The translations under genes and the position numbers were made by a program. From assembly GCA_051362555.1 (NCBI GenBank), contig CM120646.1, forward strand, positions 9,238,001 through 9,302,000: a stretch of 64,000 bases of DNA, read 5' to 3'. Position 1 is the first letter of the stretch, and the number at the start of each line of letters is the position of its first letter. The stretch comes from Lingula anatina (lineage: Eukaryota; Animalia; Brachiopoda). Of the stretch, positions 25,341 through 39,669 are shown one piece after another. The notes below the pieces were generated by a model. It saw only the letters and a program-made list of their open reading frames with translations. It searched no databases and had not been told where the DNA came from.

Positions 25341-28300
25341 TGTGTCTGTGCATATCATGATCACTCTATGTGTTTGTTGTTATTTTTTGTGTCTGTACAT
25401 ATTATGATCACTGTATGTGCTTATGTTGCTACTCTTAGTTTTTATACATATCGTGATCACTGTATGTGTTTATGCCGTTACTGTTTGTGTCTTTATATAT
25501 TTTGATCACTGTATGTGTTTATGCCATTACTGTTTGCGTCTTTATATATTTTGATCACTGTACATGTTTATGTTGTTACTGTTTGTGTCTGTACATATTA
25601 TGATCACTGTACGTGTTTATGTTGTTACTGTTTGTGTCTTTATATATTTTGCTCACTGTACATGTTTATGTTGTTACTGTTTGTGTCTGTACATAATATG
25701 ATCACTGTACGTGTTTTTGTTGTTACTGTTTGTGTCTGTGCATATCATGATCACTGTATGTTTTTGTTGTTAGTTTTTGTGTCTGTACATATTGTGATCA
25801 CTGTATTTGTTTATGTTGTTACTATTTGTGTCTGTACATATTGCGATAATTGTGTATGTTTATGTTGTAACTGTTTGTGTCTTTACATATCATTATATCA
25901 CTGTTTGTGTTTATGTTGTTACTGTATGTGTCTGTACATATTATGATCAATGTGTTTGCTTATGTTGTTACTGTTTGTACATATTATGATCAATGTGAAT
26001 ATTTATGTTGTTACTGTTTGTGTCTGTAAATATTATGATCACTGTATATGTTAATGTTGTTACTGTTTGTGTCTGTACATATTGTAATCACTTTATGTGT
26101 TTATGATAGTACTGTTTGTGTCTGTACATATTATGATCACTGTGTATGCTTATGTTGTTCCTGTTTGTGCCTGTACATATAGTGATCACTGTATGTGTTA
26201 ATGTTGTTACTGTTTGTGTCTGTACACATTGTGATCACTGTGTGTGTTTATGTTCTTACTGTTTGTGTTTGTACATATTATGATCACTGTGTCTGTACAT
26301 ATCATGATCACTGTGTATGCTTATGTTGTTACTTTCTGTGTCTGTACATATTGTGATCACTGTGTATGCTTATGTTGTTACTGTTTGTGTCTCTACATAT
26401 TGTGATCACTGTGTGTGTGTTTATGTTGTTACTGTTTGTGTCTGTACATATTGTGATCACTGTGTGTGTTTATGTTCTAACTGTTTGTGTTTGTACATAT
26501 TATGATCACTGTGTATGCTTATCTTGTTATTGTTTGTGTCTGTACATATTGTGATCACTGTATGTCTTAATGTTGTTACTGTTTGTGTCTGTACATATTA
26601 TGATCACTGTGTGTGTTTATGTTCTTACTGTTTGTGTTTGTAAATATTATGATCACTGTGTATGCTGATGTTTGTGTATATATTATGAATACTGTTTTTG
26701 TTTATGTTCTTAATGTTTGTGTCTGTAGATATTGTGTTCACTGTATTTATTTATGTTGTTATTTTTTGTGTCTGTACATATTGTGATCACTGTGTGTGTT
26801 TATGTTGTTACTGTTTGTGTCTGTACATATTGTTTATGTTGTTACTGTTTGTGTCTGTACATATTATGATCACTGTATGTGTTTACGTTGTAACTGTTTG
26901 TGTCTGTACATATTTTGATCACTGTATGTGTTAATGTTGTTACTGTTTTCTTTGTACATATTGTGATAACTGTATTTGTTTATGTTGTTACTGTTTGTGT
27001 ATGTACATATTGTGATCACTGTGTATGCTTGTGTTGTTACTGTTTGTGTCTCTACATATTGTGATCACTGTATGTGTTTATGTTGTTAATGTTTGTGTCT
27101 GTACATATTGTGATCACTTTATGTGTTTATGATAGTACTGTTTGTGTCTGTACATATTATGATCACTGTGTATGCTTATGTTGTTACTGTTTGTCTCTGA
27201 AAATATTGTGATCACTGTATGTGTTAATGTTGTTATTATTTGTGTCTGTACGTATTGTGATCACTGTGTATGCTAATGTCTGTACATATTGTGATCACTG
27301 TGTATGCTTATGTTGTTAATGTTTGTGTCTGTACATACTATGGTCACTGTATCTTTTTATGTTGTCACTGTTTTTGTCTGTACATATTATGATCACTTTG
27401 TATTCTTATGTTGTTACTGTTTGTGTCTGTACATATTGTGATCAGGCTATGTGCTTATGTTGTAACTGTTTGTGTCTGTTCATATCGTGATCACTGTATG
27501 TGTTTATGTTGTTACTGTTTGTGTCTGTATATATTGCGATCACTGTGTCTGTTTATGTTGTAACTGTTCGTGTCTTTACATATCATGATCACTGTATTTG
27601 TTTATGTTGTTACTGTTTGTGTTCTTATATATTTTGATCACTGTAATGTTTATGTTGTTACTGTTTGTGTCTGTACATATTGTGATCACTGTTTGTGTTT
27701 ATGTTGTTACCATTTGTGTGTGTACATCTTATGATTACTTTGTATTTTTATTCTGCTACTCTTTGTGTCTATACATATCGTGATCACTGTATTTGTTTAT
27801 GTTGTTACTGTTTGTGTCTGTACATATTGTGATCACTGTATGTGTTTATGTTGTTACTGTTTGTGTCTGTACATATTGTGATCACTGTTTGTGTTATGTT
27901 GTTACTGTTTGTGTGTGAACATATTATGATCACTTTGTATTCTTATTTTGTTACTTTTTGTGTCTGTACATATCATTATCACTGTATGTGTTTATGTTAT
28001 TACTGTTTGTGTCTGTACATATTGCGATCACTGTGTATGTTTATGTTGTAACTGTTTGTGTCTTTACATATCGTGATCACTGTATGTGTTTATGTTGTTA
28101 CTGTTCGTGTCTGTACATATTGCGATCACTGTATATGCTTATGTTGCTACTCTTTGTTTCTATACATATCGTGATCACTCTATGTGTTTATGCTGTTACT
28201 GTTTGTGTCCTTATATATTTTGATCACTGTACATGTTTATGTTGTTACTGTTTGTGTCCTTATATATTTTGATCACTGTACATGTTTATGTTGTTACTGT

Positions 28301-29480
28301 TTGTGTCTGTGCATAATGTGATCACTGTATGTGTTAATGTTGTAACTGTTTGTGTCTGTTCATATTATGATCACTTATGCTTATGTTGTGACTGTATGTG
28401 TCTGTATATGTAGTGATCACTGTTTAAATCTATGTGTACAGTCTTTGTTGTCACTGTGAGCACTTGTGTTCTGACTGATGTGTTCAATCTGAGTTATCAC
28501 TGTATGGCCAATTCTATTGAAAGTTTCCTCTTGTGAAAGAAAAATGTAAAGTAATTATATAGCATTTTATGATGTTGGGTAAATTAAATTGTTGATATTC
28601 TGATGGCTGTGTACATTCTGTGATGTCAGTGTATGTGGCTGATTAATATTATATTGTGACCACCATGTATGTCTATGGTTTCCCTGATGTGTTTGCATAT
28701 ATTCTAATCATTGTGTACAGTCTGTATTGTCACTGTAAGCATTTGTGTTCATATGTATATTTTTGTGTTCATATGATGTGTATGTGTGTTTTTGTTGCTT
28801 GTATGCCTATGTATTCTCATCTCTCTGTGTCTGTTAATTCACTCTATTTGCTTGTATATGTTTAGTTGTTTGTAATCATTTTCATTCATTTGTATATCAA
28901 TATTGTCACTGTATATATTTGCATATATTCTGAACACCATATACAGTCCCTGTTGTCACTGTTAGTATTTAAGTTCATATATATTCTGACTGATATGTAC
29001 ATTCTGTGTTATCACTGCTTATGTTTGTATATATTCTTGATTGCTTTTTATGTATATTTTATAATTGTGCAGTTTTTTCTGATTTCTTTTTTAGTCTGTT
29101 TTGTTGTTATATGTGTTTGATTATATTCTGATCACAGTGTATGTCTGTGTTGTTACTCTGATTGTATTCATTTTGGTTACTGTGCATGTTTGTGTTATTA
29201 CTGTATGTGTCTGTATATATTGTGCTCACTGTTTATATCTGTGTTGTCACTGTACATAGTTGCATATATTCTTATCTGTGTACAGTCTTTGATGTCACTG
29301 TTAACATTTGCGTCTATGTGTATTCTGATTGATGTGTTTAATTTGTGTTACCATTTTATGCGTCTGAATCATATATTCTGATCTCTGAGTAAGTCTGTTT
29401 GGTCACTATGTGTTTGTATATATTCTGATTTTTTCTCTGTTGTCACTCTTATTTCTACTTATTCTGATTACTGTGCATAC
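25341..29480 (+). repeat. ~49-bp satellite array, decaying into diverged monomers after ~28.4 kb
   Basis: Starts with the same monomer order as 2721 onward; progressively degenerate GATCACTGT/GTCTGTACAT motifs. Confidence 0.92.
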
Positions 29481-29795
29481 TTTAAAAGGATAATAACTGT
29501 TCATTTTTGCCCAAAAATGTATTACCTGGGGTAAATGATAATTTCCCCATGCTAAGCAATAGTTAATGAATGCATTTCCATATTCAAAGTTAGTTCCTGT
29601 TTTTTTTTAAGTTTGTTTTTTGTGATAATCTTTTAAGAGATTATTACAGTGCATAGCCATCTATGGAGGTCATGTGGTCTGATGACAAGCACAAATTTCA
29701 GAATAATTACTGTAACTGCTATATTTTTGTGGTAAAATAAAATATCTTATATTTCTATGAGTGGTTTACAATCTATTTACTGTGAAATATACATA

Positions 29796-30680
29796 CACTG
29801 GACAATAGAAGTGTCACCCCTACTGAACCAATACTTTTGGGGAGATAAATGACTGTGGAATGATATGCTCCTGGTATCATTTTATTAACATCAAATTTCA
29901 CAAAGAACACAAAATGAGAACAAAATATACATTCTACCAGTTTCAAGTCCAAAATTAGTACTTAGTGGCATAGCCACGTGACCTAATAATAGCTGCCAGT
30001 CTGCGAGGCAAGGATTCATATAATTGTCAGATGCATTCAGGGCTTATGCTGGCCCAAGCATGAATCACTGAATCTAACTGAGTTTGTCTGCTGGTTGGAC
30101 GAGCATTTGTCAAAAGTTTTGACATATTTTTCCACACATTTTCTATTATGTTTGCATCTGGACTCTGGGCAGGCCACATCACTCTGCGAATGCCCTGTTG
30201 GTCAAACAAATCATTAACTGCTCTGGGTCTGTGACAAGGAGCATTGTCATCCTGGTGAATGAATGGATAATTCCTGTCACCAAACATGTTAGTAATAGAT
30301 GGTTGCAAGCCTGACTCCAAAACATCGCTATATATTTCTGGTGATTCATGCTTCCATCAACCACTACCAATTCACCCATGCCATGGATGCTGATGCAGCC
30401 CCACACCATGATGAATATGCAGCCCCAGGTTCGAACATTCAGTGCATGTGGTTCAAATGCTATACCAGCAGTTCACAAGTATCGGACACGTCTGTCATCA
30501 GAGGTTAGACCAAAGCGACACTCATAAAAAAAAAAAAAAAAAAACGTTGGACCAATTGTCATGGACTGTCCAGTTCCAGATCCTATTGGCCTTAGTTCAC
30601 TCTATGTTGCCTGTTTTGTAACAATATAAGATGTTTCAGTCTTGCTACTCTGCTGTACACTCTCTGAGCATGTAACCGTA
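29796..30680 (-). mobile_element. Tc1-family DNA transposon relic (3' half of transposase plus one end)
   Basis: MVWGCIS...G.GEL, HQDDNAPCH...WPAQSPDANIIENVW (34 residues between D and E), C-terminal LYESLPRRLAAIIRSRGYATKY* with stop at 29955-29957. Putative end TA|CACTGGACAATAGAAGTGTCACCCC at 29794-29820. Frameshifts, a stop and an expanded A-run at ~30526-30544. Confidence 0.9.
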
Positions 30681-31330
30681 TATATTATGATCACTGCTTA
30701 AAACTCTTTGTGACTCTATTTGTTTGTATTCTTTTGATTACTGTACATGTTTATGTTATCACTGTACATGTTTTTATTTATTATGATCACTGTGTATTTA
30801 TGTTGTTACTGTATGTGTTTGTATAAGATATTCTGACCTCTGTGTAATTCCATTTTGTTATACGTGTTTGTATATATTCTGATCAATGTGTTTATCTGTG
30901 GTATATCCTCTATTTATGTCTCCTCATTAACCCAAGCAAAAGTATAAGTAAAGGACAAACACACATATGGTCTTTGAAATTTGGCCAGTGGTGGCCAATT
31001 TTATTAAAAGGTCATTCTTGTAAAAGAATAGTGTAAAGTAAATATATAGCATCAGAAGATGTTGAGTTTCATAAAATTATGTAATATTAAAGCATGAATA
31101 ATAAATATTAAAAAAATAGTGCATTTATTTTTCATTTGTGGGGTTGCAAATGGTGTTTGAGCACTTTTGTATCTCTTAATATTCTGATTGCACATTCTGT
31201 GTTGTCAATGTATGTGTCTTATTAACATTACATTAAGACAACCTTGTATGACTATGGTTTCCTTGTGTTTGCACATATTCTGATCATTGTGTATGGTCTT
31301 AGTTGTCACTGTTAACATTTGTGTTTATAC
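30681..31330 (+). repeat. Diverged satellite monomers (+ orientation) with a short unique spacer
   Basis: Degenerate GATCACTG/GTTGTTACTGT motifs; the spacer at ~30990-31060 resembles ~28505-28570. Confidence 0.7.
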
Positions 31331-31367
31331 GTACACGTACATATCCAGTGACAATATATATATATAC

Positions 31368-31394
31368 GGGGGGGGGGGGGGGGGGGGGGGGGGG
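31368..31394 (+). repeat. G27 homopolymer preceded by (TA)n, at the satellite polarity switch
   Basis: Directly visible run of 27 G after ATATATATATATAC. Confidence 0.9.
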
Positions 31395-34300
31395 TACATA
31401 CGCAGTGATCAGAATATATGAAAACACAACAGGCAGACATATAGGCTATGCTTACAGTAACAACACAAACATACACATTGGTCAAAATAAATATTAACAT
31501 GTACAGTGACAACACAACTATGCATAGTAATCAGTATAAACACAAATTAATAGAGTGAAAATACAGACATACACACTAATCAAAATATATGCTAACATAT
31601 ACAGTGATAATACACGGTGATCCAAATATGTGGAAACACAACAATAACACAAACATACACAGTGATCAAAATAGATATTTACATATGCATATTACAATAA
31701 AGAATGGACACAAGAATCAGAATATAAACACACATAGGTTTACAGTGACAACACCAACATGCACAGTAATCACAATGATTACAAACAAATAGAGTGAAAA
31801 AAACTGACATACACAGTGATCAGAATATATACAAATGCATTCAGTGACAATTCATACAAACGAAGTGACGAGAACGTATGCAAACACCTACAGAGAAACA
31901 ATAGGCATACAATGAGGTCAGAATTTAATATTCAGACACATAGTGGCAACACAGAATGTAAACAGTAATCAGAATATATCCAGGCACATTGTTACAAAGA
32001 CAATACTGATTGTACACAGGTATGCAAATTTATATATATATACACTGTGATCACAATATGTGCACACACATATAGTAAAAACACAAACATACACATGTCA
32101 GAGACATTATTAATTCACAGGCTTGGTTAGATACTAAAGCCTGCAATATTCAACATATCGTCAAAATGTACCTGGGCAAATGATTGAAACTGGTTATTGT
32201 TGTCAGCCTTGGATTTCCTCATAGCTATCTACACGATCTATTTTGACCACAAACTTGGAAGGTAATATTAACACGTTATCCGAACTGAAAGCATTCAATG
32301 GTGTCCGTATTGCGAACCCTTTTCTAAATGTGATTCATAGCTAAATTTTGCATGGTTCCGGACACACAGTGATGAAAATAAATATCAACATGTACAGTTA
32401 TAACAGTAATGTGCACCATAATAAGAATGAACACAAGAAAAAAGAGGGTAAACGTAGCTGTATACAGTCATCACAATATATACAAACACATTCAGTAACA
32501 ATACAGAATGGACATAGCAAACAATATAAACAGACACATAGACATAAAGTGAAAACACCATCATTCAGTGCAATAGTAATGATTACAAACAAAAAAGGGA
32601 CCGAAACGGACATACACGGTGCTCACAATAAATACAAACACCAACAGTAATGACACAAACATACACAGTGATCACAAGAAATACAAACATAAACAGTGAC
32701 ACCACAAACATGCACAGTAATTGATAATGATTACAAACAAATAGGATAAACTGACTTACACAGTGCTCAGAATTATATATGCAGTCACAAACAGTAACAA
32801 CTCAATTATACACAGTGATCAAAATAAATATTTACATGTACATTGACAACTATAATATGCACCGTAATGAGAATGAACACAAGGAAAAAGAGTGAAAACA
32901 GCCCTACACATTCTTCACAAAGCATATAAACACATTCAGTAACAAAACAGAATTGAAAAAGAAAACAGAATATAAACAGACACATGGATATACAGTGACA
33001 ACACCATTATTCAGCCCAAAAGTAATGAATACAAACAAATAAAGTGACAAAACAGACATGCACAGTGCTCACAATAAATACAAACATCAACAGTAATGAC
33101 ACAAACATACACAGTGATCATAATAAATACAAACACAAACAATGACAGCACAAACATGCACAGTAACTGATAATGTTTACAAACAAATAGGACAAACAGA
33201 CTTACACAGTGCTCAGGATCATATGCAGACACAAACAGTAACAACACAAACATACAGAGTGATAAAAATAAATATTTACATGTACATTGACAATTGTAAC
33301 GTGACACATAATGACAATAAACACAAGGAAAGAAAATGAAAACATAGCCTAAGACATTCATCACAATATATACAAACACACTGAGCAACAATATAGAATG
33401 GACACATTAAACACAATATAAACAGACACATAGACATACATTAACAACACTATCATTCATTGCAATAGAAAAGATAACAAACAAATAAAGCGACAAAACT
33501 GACATACATAGTGCTGACAATAAATACAAACATCAAACAGTGACAACACGAACATGCACAGTAATCAAAATAAATACAAACAAACACAGTCACAATACAG
33601 GTTACACAGTGATCACCAAAAAATTGACATGTACAGTGATACAACCATGCACAGTTACCAGAATGAACACAAATTAATTGGGTGATTACACAGTGAAACA
33701 CAGTGATCAGTGATGTAGTGAAAACATAGACATACACAGTGATCAAACATAGCTGTACACATTCTTCACAATATATACAAACACATTCAGTAACAATACA
33801 GAGTAGACACAGAAAAAAGAATATGAACATACACATGGACATACATTGACAACACCATTATTCAGTGCAACAGTAATGATTATAAACAAATAGAGCAACA
33901 AAACTGACATACACAGTGCCGACAATAAATACAAACACCAACAGTAATGACATACACAGTGATCACAATAAATATAAATGTAAACTGGGACAGCAGAAAC
34001 ATGCACAGAAATTTATTATGATTACAAATAAATATAGTGACAAAACTGACATGCACAGTGCTGAGAATAAATACAAACATAAACAGTGACAACAGAAATA
34101 TACGCAGTGGTCATAATAAATGCAAACAAAAACAATAACAGAATAAACATGCACAGTAATTGATAATGATCACAAACAAATAAGACAAACAGACTTACAC
34201 AGTGCTCAGAATTGTATGCAGACACAAACAGTTAAAATATAAACATACACAAAGATCAACATAAATATTTACATGTACATTGACAATTGTAATGTGCACC

Positions 34301-37300
34301 TTAATGACAATGAACACAAGGAAAGAAAGTGAAAACAAAGCCATACACATTCATCACAATATACACAAAAACTTTCAGTAACAATACAGAATGGACACAG
34401 CAAACACAATATAAAGAGACACAAAGACATACATTGACAACACCATCATGCAGTGCAATAGTAATGATTACAAACAAATAAAGTGACAAAACTGACATGC
34501 ACAGTGCTCACAATAAATACAAACATCAACAGTAATGACACAAGCATACACAGTGATCATAATAAATACAAACACAAACAATGACAGCACAAACATGCAC
34601 AGCAATTTATAATGATTACAAACAAATAGGACAAACAGACTTACACAGTGCCCAGTATCGTATGCAGACGCAAACAGTAAAAATATAAACAGACACAGTC
34701 ATCAAAACAAATATTTACTTGTACATTAACAATTGTAACATGCACCTTAATGACAATGAACACAAGGAAAAAAGAGAAAACATAGCCGTACACATTCATC
34801 ACAATATACACAAAAACATTCAGTAACAATATAGAATGGACAGAGCAAACACAATATAAACAGACACATAGAAATACATTGACAACACCATCATTCAGTG
34901 CAATAGTAAAGATAACAAACAAATAGAGCGACAAACTGACATGCACAGTGCTCTAAATAAATACAAACATCATCAGTAATGATGCAAACATACACAGTGA
35001 TCATAATAAATACAAACACAAACAATGACACCATAAACATACACAGTAATTGATAATAATTATAAACAAATAGGACAAACAGACTTACATAGTGCCCAGT
35101 ATCGTATGCAGACACAAACAGTAAAAATATAAATATACACAGAGATCAAAATAAATATTTACATATACATTGACAATTGTAACGTGAACTGTAATGAGAA
35201 TGAACACAAGGAAAAAGAGTAAAAACAGCCCTACACATTCATCACAATATATACAAACTTATTCAGTAACATTCCAGAATAGACACGGCAAACAATAAAA
35301 AAACTAAGACATAGACATACAGTGACAACACCAAAATGCAGCGCAATAGTAATGATTACAAACAAAAAGAGTGACAAAATTGACATATAGAGTGCTCACA
35401 AGAAAAACAGCACACCAACAGCAATGATATACACAGTGATCACAATAAATACAAATGTAAACAGCAGAAACATGCACAGTAATTGATAAGGATTACAAAC
35501 AAATAGGACATACAGACTTACACAGTGCTCAGAATCGTATCCAGACACAAACAGTACCAACAAAATCATACACAGTGATCAAAATAAATATTAACATGAA
35601 CATTGACAATTGTAACATGCCCTGTAATGACAATGAACACCAGGAAAGAAAGTGAAAACATAGCTGTACACATTCATCGCAATATATACAAACACATTCA
35701 GTAACAATACAAGTAAAATTGACAACACCATCATGCAGCGCAATAGTAATGATAATAAACAAATAGAGTGACAAAACTGACATAAACAGTGCTGACAATA
35801 AATACAAACTTGAACAGTGGCAACACAAACATGCACAGTAATCAAAATAAATACAAACAAACACAGTCACAATACAGACTACACAGTGATCACAAAAAAA
35901 TTTGACATGTACAGTGACACAGCCATGCACAGTTACCAGAATGAACACAAGGAAAAAGATTGAAGAAGCCCTACACAGCCAATACAATATATATAAACAC
36001 ATTCAGTAACAATAGAGGATAGACACAGCAAACAGAATATGAACTGACAAATAGATATAGAGTGACAACATAAAAATGCAGCGCAATAGTAATGATAACA
36101 ACCAAATAGAGTGACAAAACTGATATACACACTGCTCGCAATAAATACAAACACCAACAGTAATGACAGAAACATATACAGTGATCAAAAAAGATTAACA
36201 TGTACATTGACAACAATAATGTGTACCAGAATGACAACAAATACAGGGAAAAACAATGAAAACATAGGCTTACACATTCCTCACAATATATACAAACAAA
36301 TTCAGAAAAATTACAGAATAGACACAGCAAATAATATAAAAAGACACACAGACCTATATTTACCACACAATTATTCAGCACAATAGTAATGATTACAAAC
36401 AAATAAAGTGACAATACTGACATGCACAGTGCTCACAATAAATACAAACATCAACATTAAAGACACAAACATACACAGTGATCATAATAAATACAAACAC
36501 AAACATTGACAGCATAAACATGCACAGTAATTGATAATGATTACAAACAAATAGGACAAACAGACTTACACAGTGCTCAGAATCATATGCAGATACAAAC
36601 AGTAACAGCACAAACATACACAGTGATCAAAATATATATTTACATGTACATTGACAATTGTAACGAACGTACCCCGTAATGACAATGAACACAAGGAAAA
36701 AAGAGAAAACATAGCCGTACACATTCATCACAATATACACAAACACATTCAGTAACATTCCAAAATTGACACAGCAAACAGAATATGAATGGCACATAGA
36801 CATACATTGACAACAGCATTATTCAGCGCAATAGTAATGATTACAAACAAATAAAGTGACAAAACTGACATGCACAGTGCTCACAATAGATACTAACATC
36901 ATCAGTAATGATGCAATCATACACAGTGATCATAATAAATACAAACACAAACAATGACAGCGCAAACATGCACAGCAGTTTATAATGATTAGAAACAAAT
37001 AGGACAAACAGACTTACACAGTGCCCAGTATCGTATGCAGACACAAACAGTAACAACACAAACATTCACAGTGATCAAAATGAATATTTACGTGTACATT
37101 CACAATTATAATATGCACCATAATGAGAATAAACACAAGGAAAAAGAGTAAAGACAGCCCTACACAATCATCACAATATACGTAAACACATTCAGCAACA
37201 ATACAGAATAGACACAGCCAAAAAAATATGAACAGACACATAGACATACAGTGACAACATCAAAATGCAGTGAAATAGTAATGATTACAAACAAATAAAG

Positions 37301-39669
37301 TGACAAAAGTGACATGCACAGTGCTCACAATAAATACTATCATCAAGAGTAATGACACAAACATACACAGTGATCATAATAAATACAAACAGAAACAATA
37401 ACAGCGCAAACATGTACAGCAATTTATAATGATTACAAACAAATAGGACAAACAGACTTACACAGTGCCCAGTATCGTATGCAGACACAAACAGTAAAAA
37501 TATAAACAGACACAGTCATCAAAACAAATATTTACTTGTACATTAACAATTGTAACATGCACCTTAATGACAATGAACACAAGGAAAAAAGAGAAAACAT
37601 AGCTGTACACATTCATCACAATATACACAAAAACATTCAGTAACAATATAGAATGGACAGAGCAAACACAATATAAACAGACACATAGAAATACATTGAC
37701 AACACCATCATTCAGTGCAATAGTAATGATAACAAACAAATAGAGCGACAAACTGACATGCACAGTGCTCACAATAAATACAAATATCATCAGTAATGAT
37801 GTAAACATACACAGTGATCATAATAAATACAAACACAAACAATGACACCATAAACATGCACAGTAATTGATAATAATTATAAACAAATAGGACAAACAGA
37901 CTTACACAGTGCCCAGTATCGTATGCAGACACAAACAGTAAAAATATAAATATACACAGAGATGAAAATAAATATTTACATGTACATTGACAATTGTAAC
38001 GTGAACTGTAATGAGAATGAACACAAGGAAAAAGAGTAAAAACAGACCTACACATTCATCACAATATATACAAACACATTCAGTAACATTCCAGAATAGA
38101 CACGGCAAACAATAAAAAAACAAAGACATAGACATACAGTGACAACACCAAAATGCAGCGCAATAGTAATGATTACAAACAAAAAGAGTGACAAAATTGA
38201 CATATAGAGTGCTCACAATAAAAACAGCACACCAACAGCAATGATATACACAGTGATCACAATAAATACAAATGTAAACAGCAGGAACATGCACAGTAAT
38301 TGATAATGATTACAAACAAATAGGACAAACAGACTTACACAGTGCTCAGAATCGTATGCAGACACAAACAGTACCAACAAAATCATACACAGTGATCAAA
38401 ATAAATATTTACATGAACATTGATAATTGTAACATGCCCTGTAATGACAATGAACACCAGGAAAGAAAGCGAAAACATAGCTGTACACATTCAGCGCAAT
38501 ATATAGAAACACGTTCAGTAACAATACAAGTAAAATTGACAACACCATCATGCAGCGCAATACTAATGATAATAAACAAATAGAGTGACAAAACTGACAT
38601 AAACAGTGCTGACAATAAATACAAACTTGAACAGTGGCAACACAAACATGCACAGTAATCAAAATGAATACAAACAAACACAGTCACAATACAGACTACA
38701 CAGTGACTTCAAAAAAATTTGACATGTACAGTGACACAGCCATGCACAGTTACCAGAATGAACACAAGGAAAAAGATTGAAGAAGCCCTACACAGCCAAT
38801 ACAATTTATATAAACACATTCAGTAACAATAGAGAATAGACACAGCAAACAGAATATGAACAGACACATAGATATAGAGTGACAACATAAAAATGCAGTG
38901 CAATAGTAATGATAACAACCAAATAGAGTGACAAAACTGATAAACACACTGCTCACAATAAATACAAACACCAACAGTAATGACAGAAACATATACAGTG
39001 ATCAAAAAATATTAACATGTACATTGACAACAATAATGTGTACCAGAATGACAACAAATACAGGGAAAAACAATGAAAACATAGGCTTACACATTCCTCA
39101 CAATATATACAAACAAATTCAGAAAAATTACAGAATAGACACAGCAAATAATATAAAAAGACACACAGACCTATATTTACCACACAATTATTCAGCACAA
39201 TAGTAATGATTACAAACAAATAAAGTGACAATACTGACATGCACAGTGCTCACAATAAATACAAACATCAACATTAAAGACACAAACATACACAGTGATC
39301 ATAATAAATACAAACACAAACATTGACAGCATAAACATGCACAGTAATTGATAATGATTACAAACAAATAGGACAAACAGACTTACACAGTGCTCAGAAT
39401 CATATGCAGATACAAACAGTAACAGCACAAACATACACAGAGATCAAAATATATATTTACATGTACATTGACAATTGTAACGAACGTACCCCGTAATGAC
39501 AATGAACACAAGGAAAAAAGAGAAAACATAGCCGTACACATTCATCATAATATAAATAAATACATTCAGTAACAATACATAATGACACAGCAAACAGAAA
39601 ATAAACAAAGACATAGACATACAGTGATTTCACCAAAATGTAGCATAATAGTAATGTTTACAAACAAAA
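31395..39669 (-). repeat. Inverted, more diverged satellite array of the same family (CA-rich on +)
   Basis: Reverse-complement monomers such as CATACACAGTGATCA..AATA..TACAAACACAAACAGTAACAAC. Internal duplication at offset 2817 (35933/38750, 34641/37458). Short non-satellite insert at ~32097-32362. Confidence 0.93.

Noticed and set aside
29480-29793. Unique AT-rich stretch left of the Tc1 end, possibly another transposon fragment
   Set aside because: No TIR pair, TSD or coding motif could be identified by eye.
31303-31515. Poly-Gly / poly-Pro ORFs
   Set aside because: They are translations of the G27 homopolymer.
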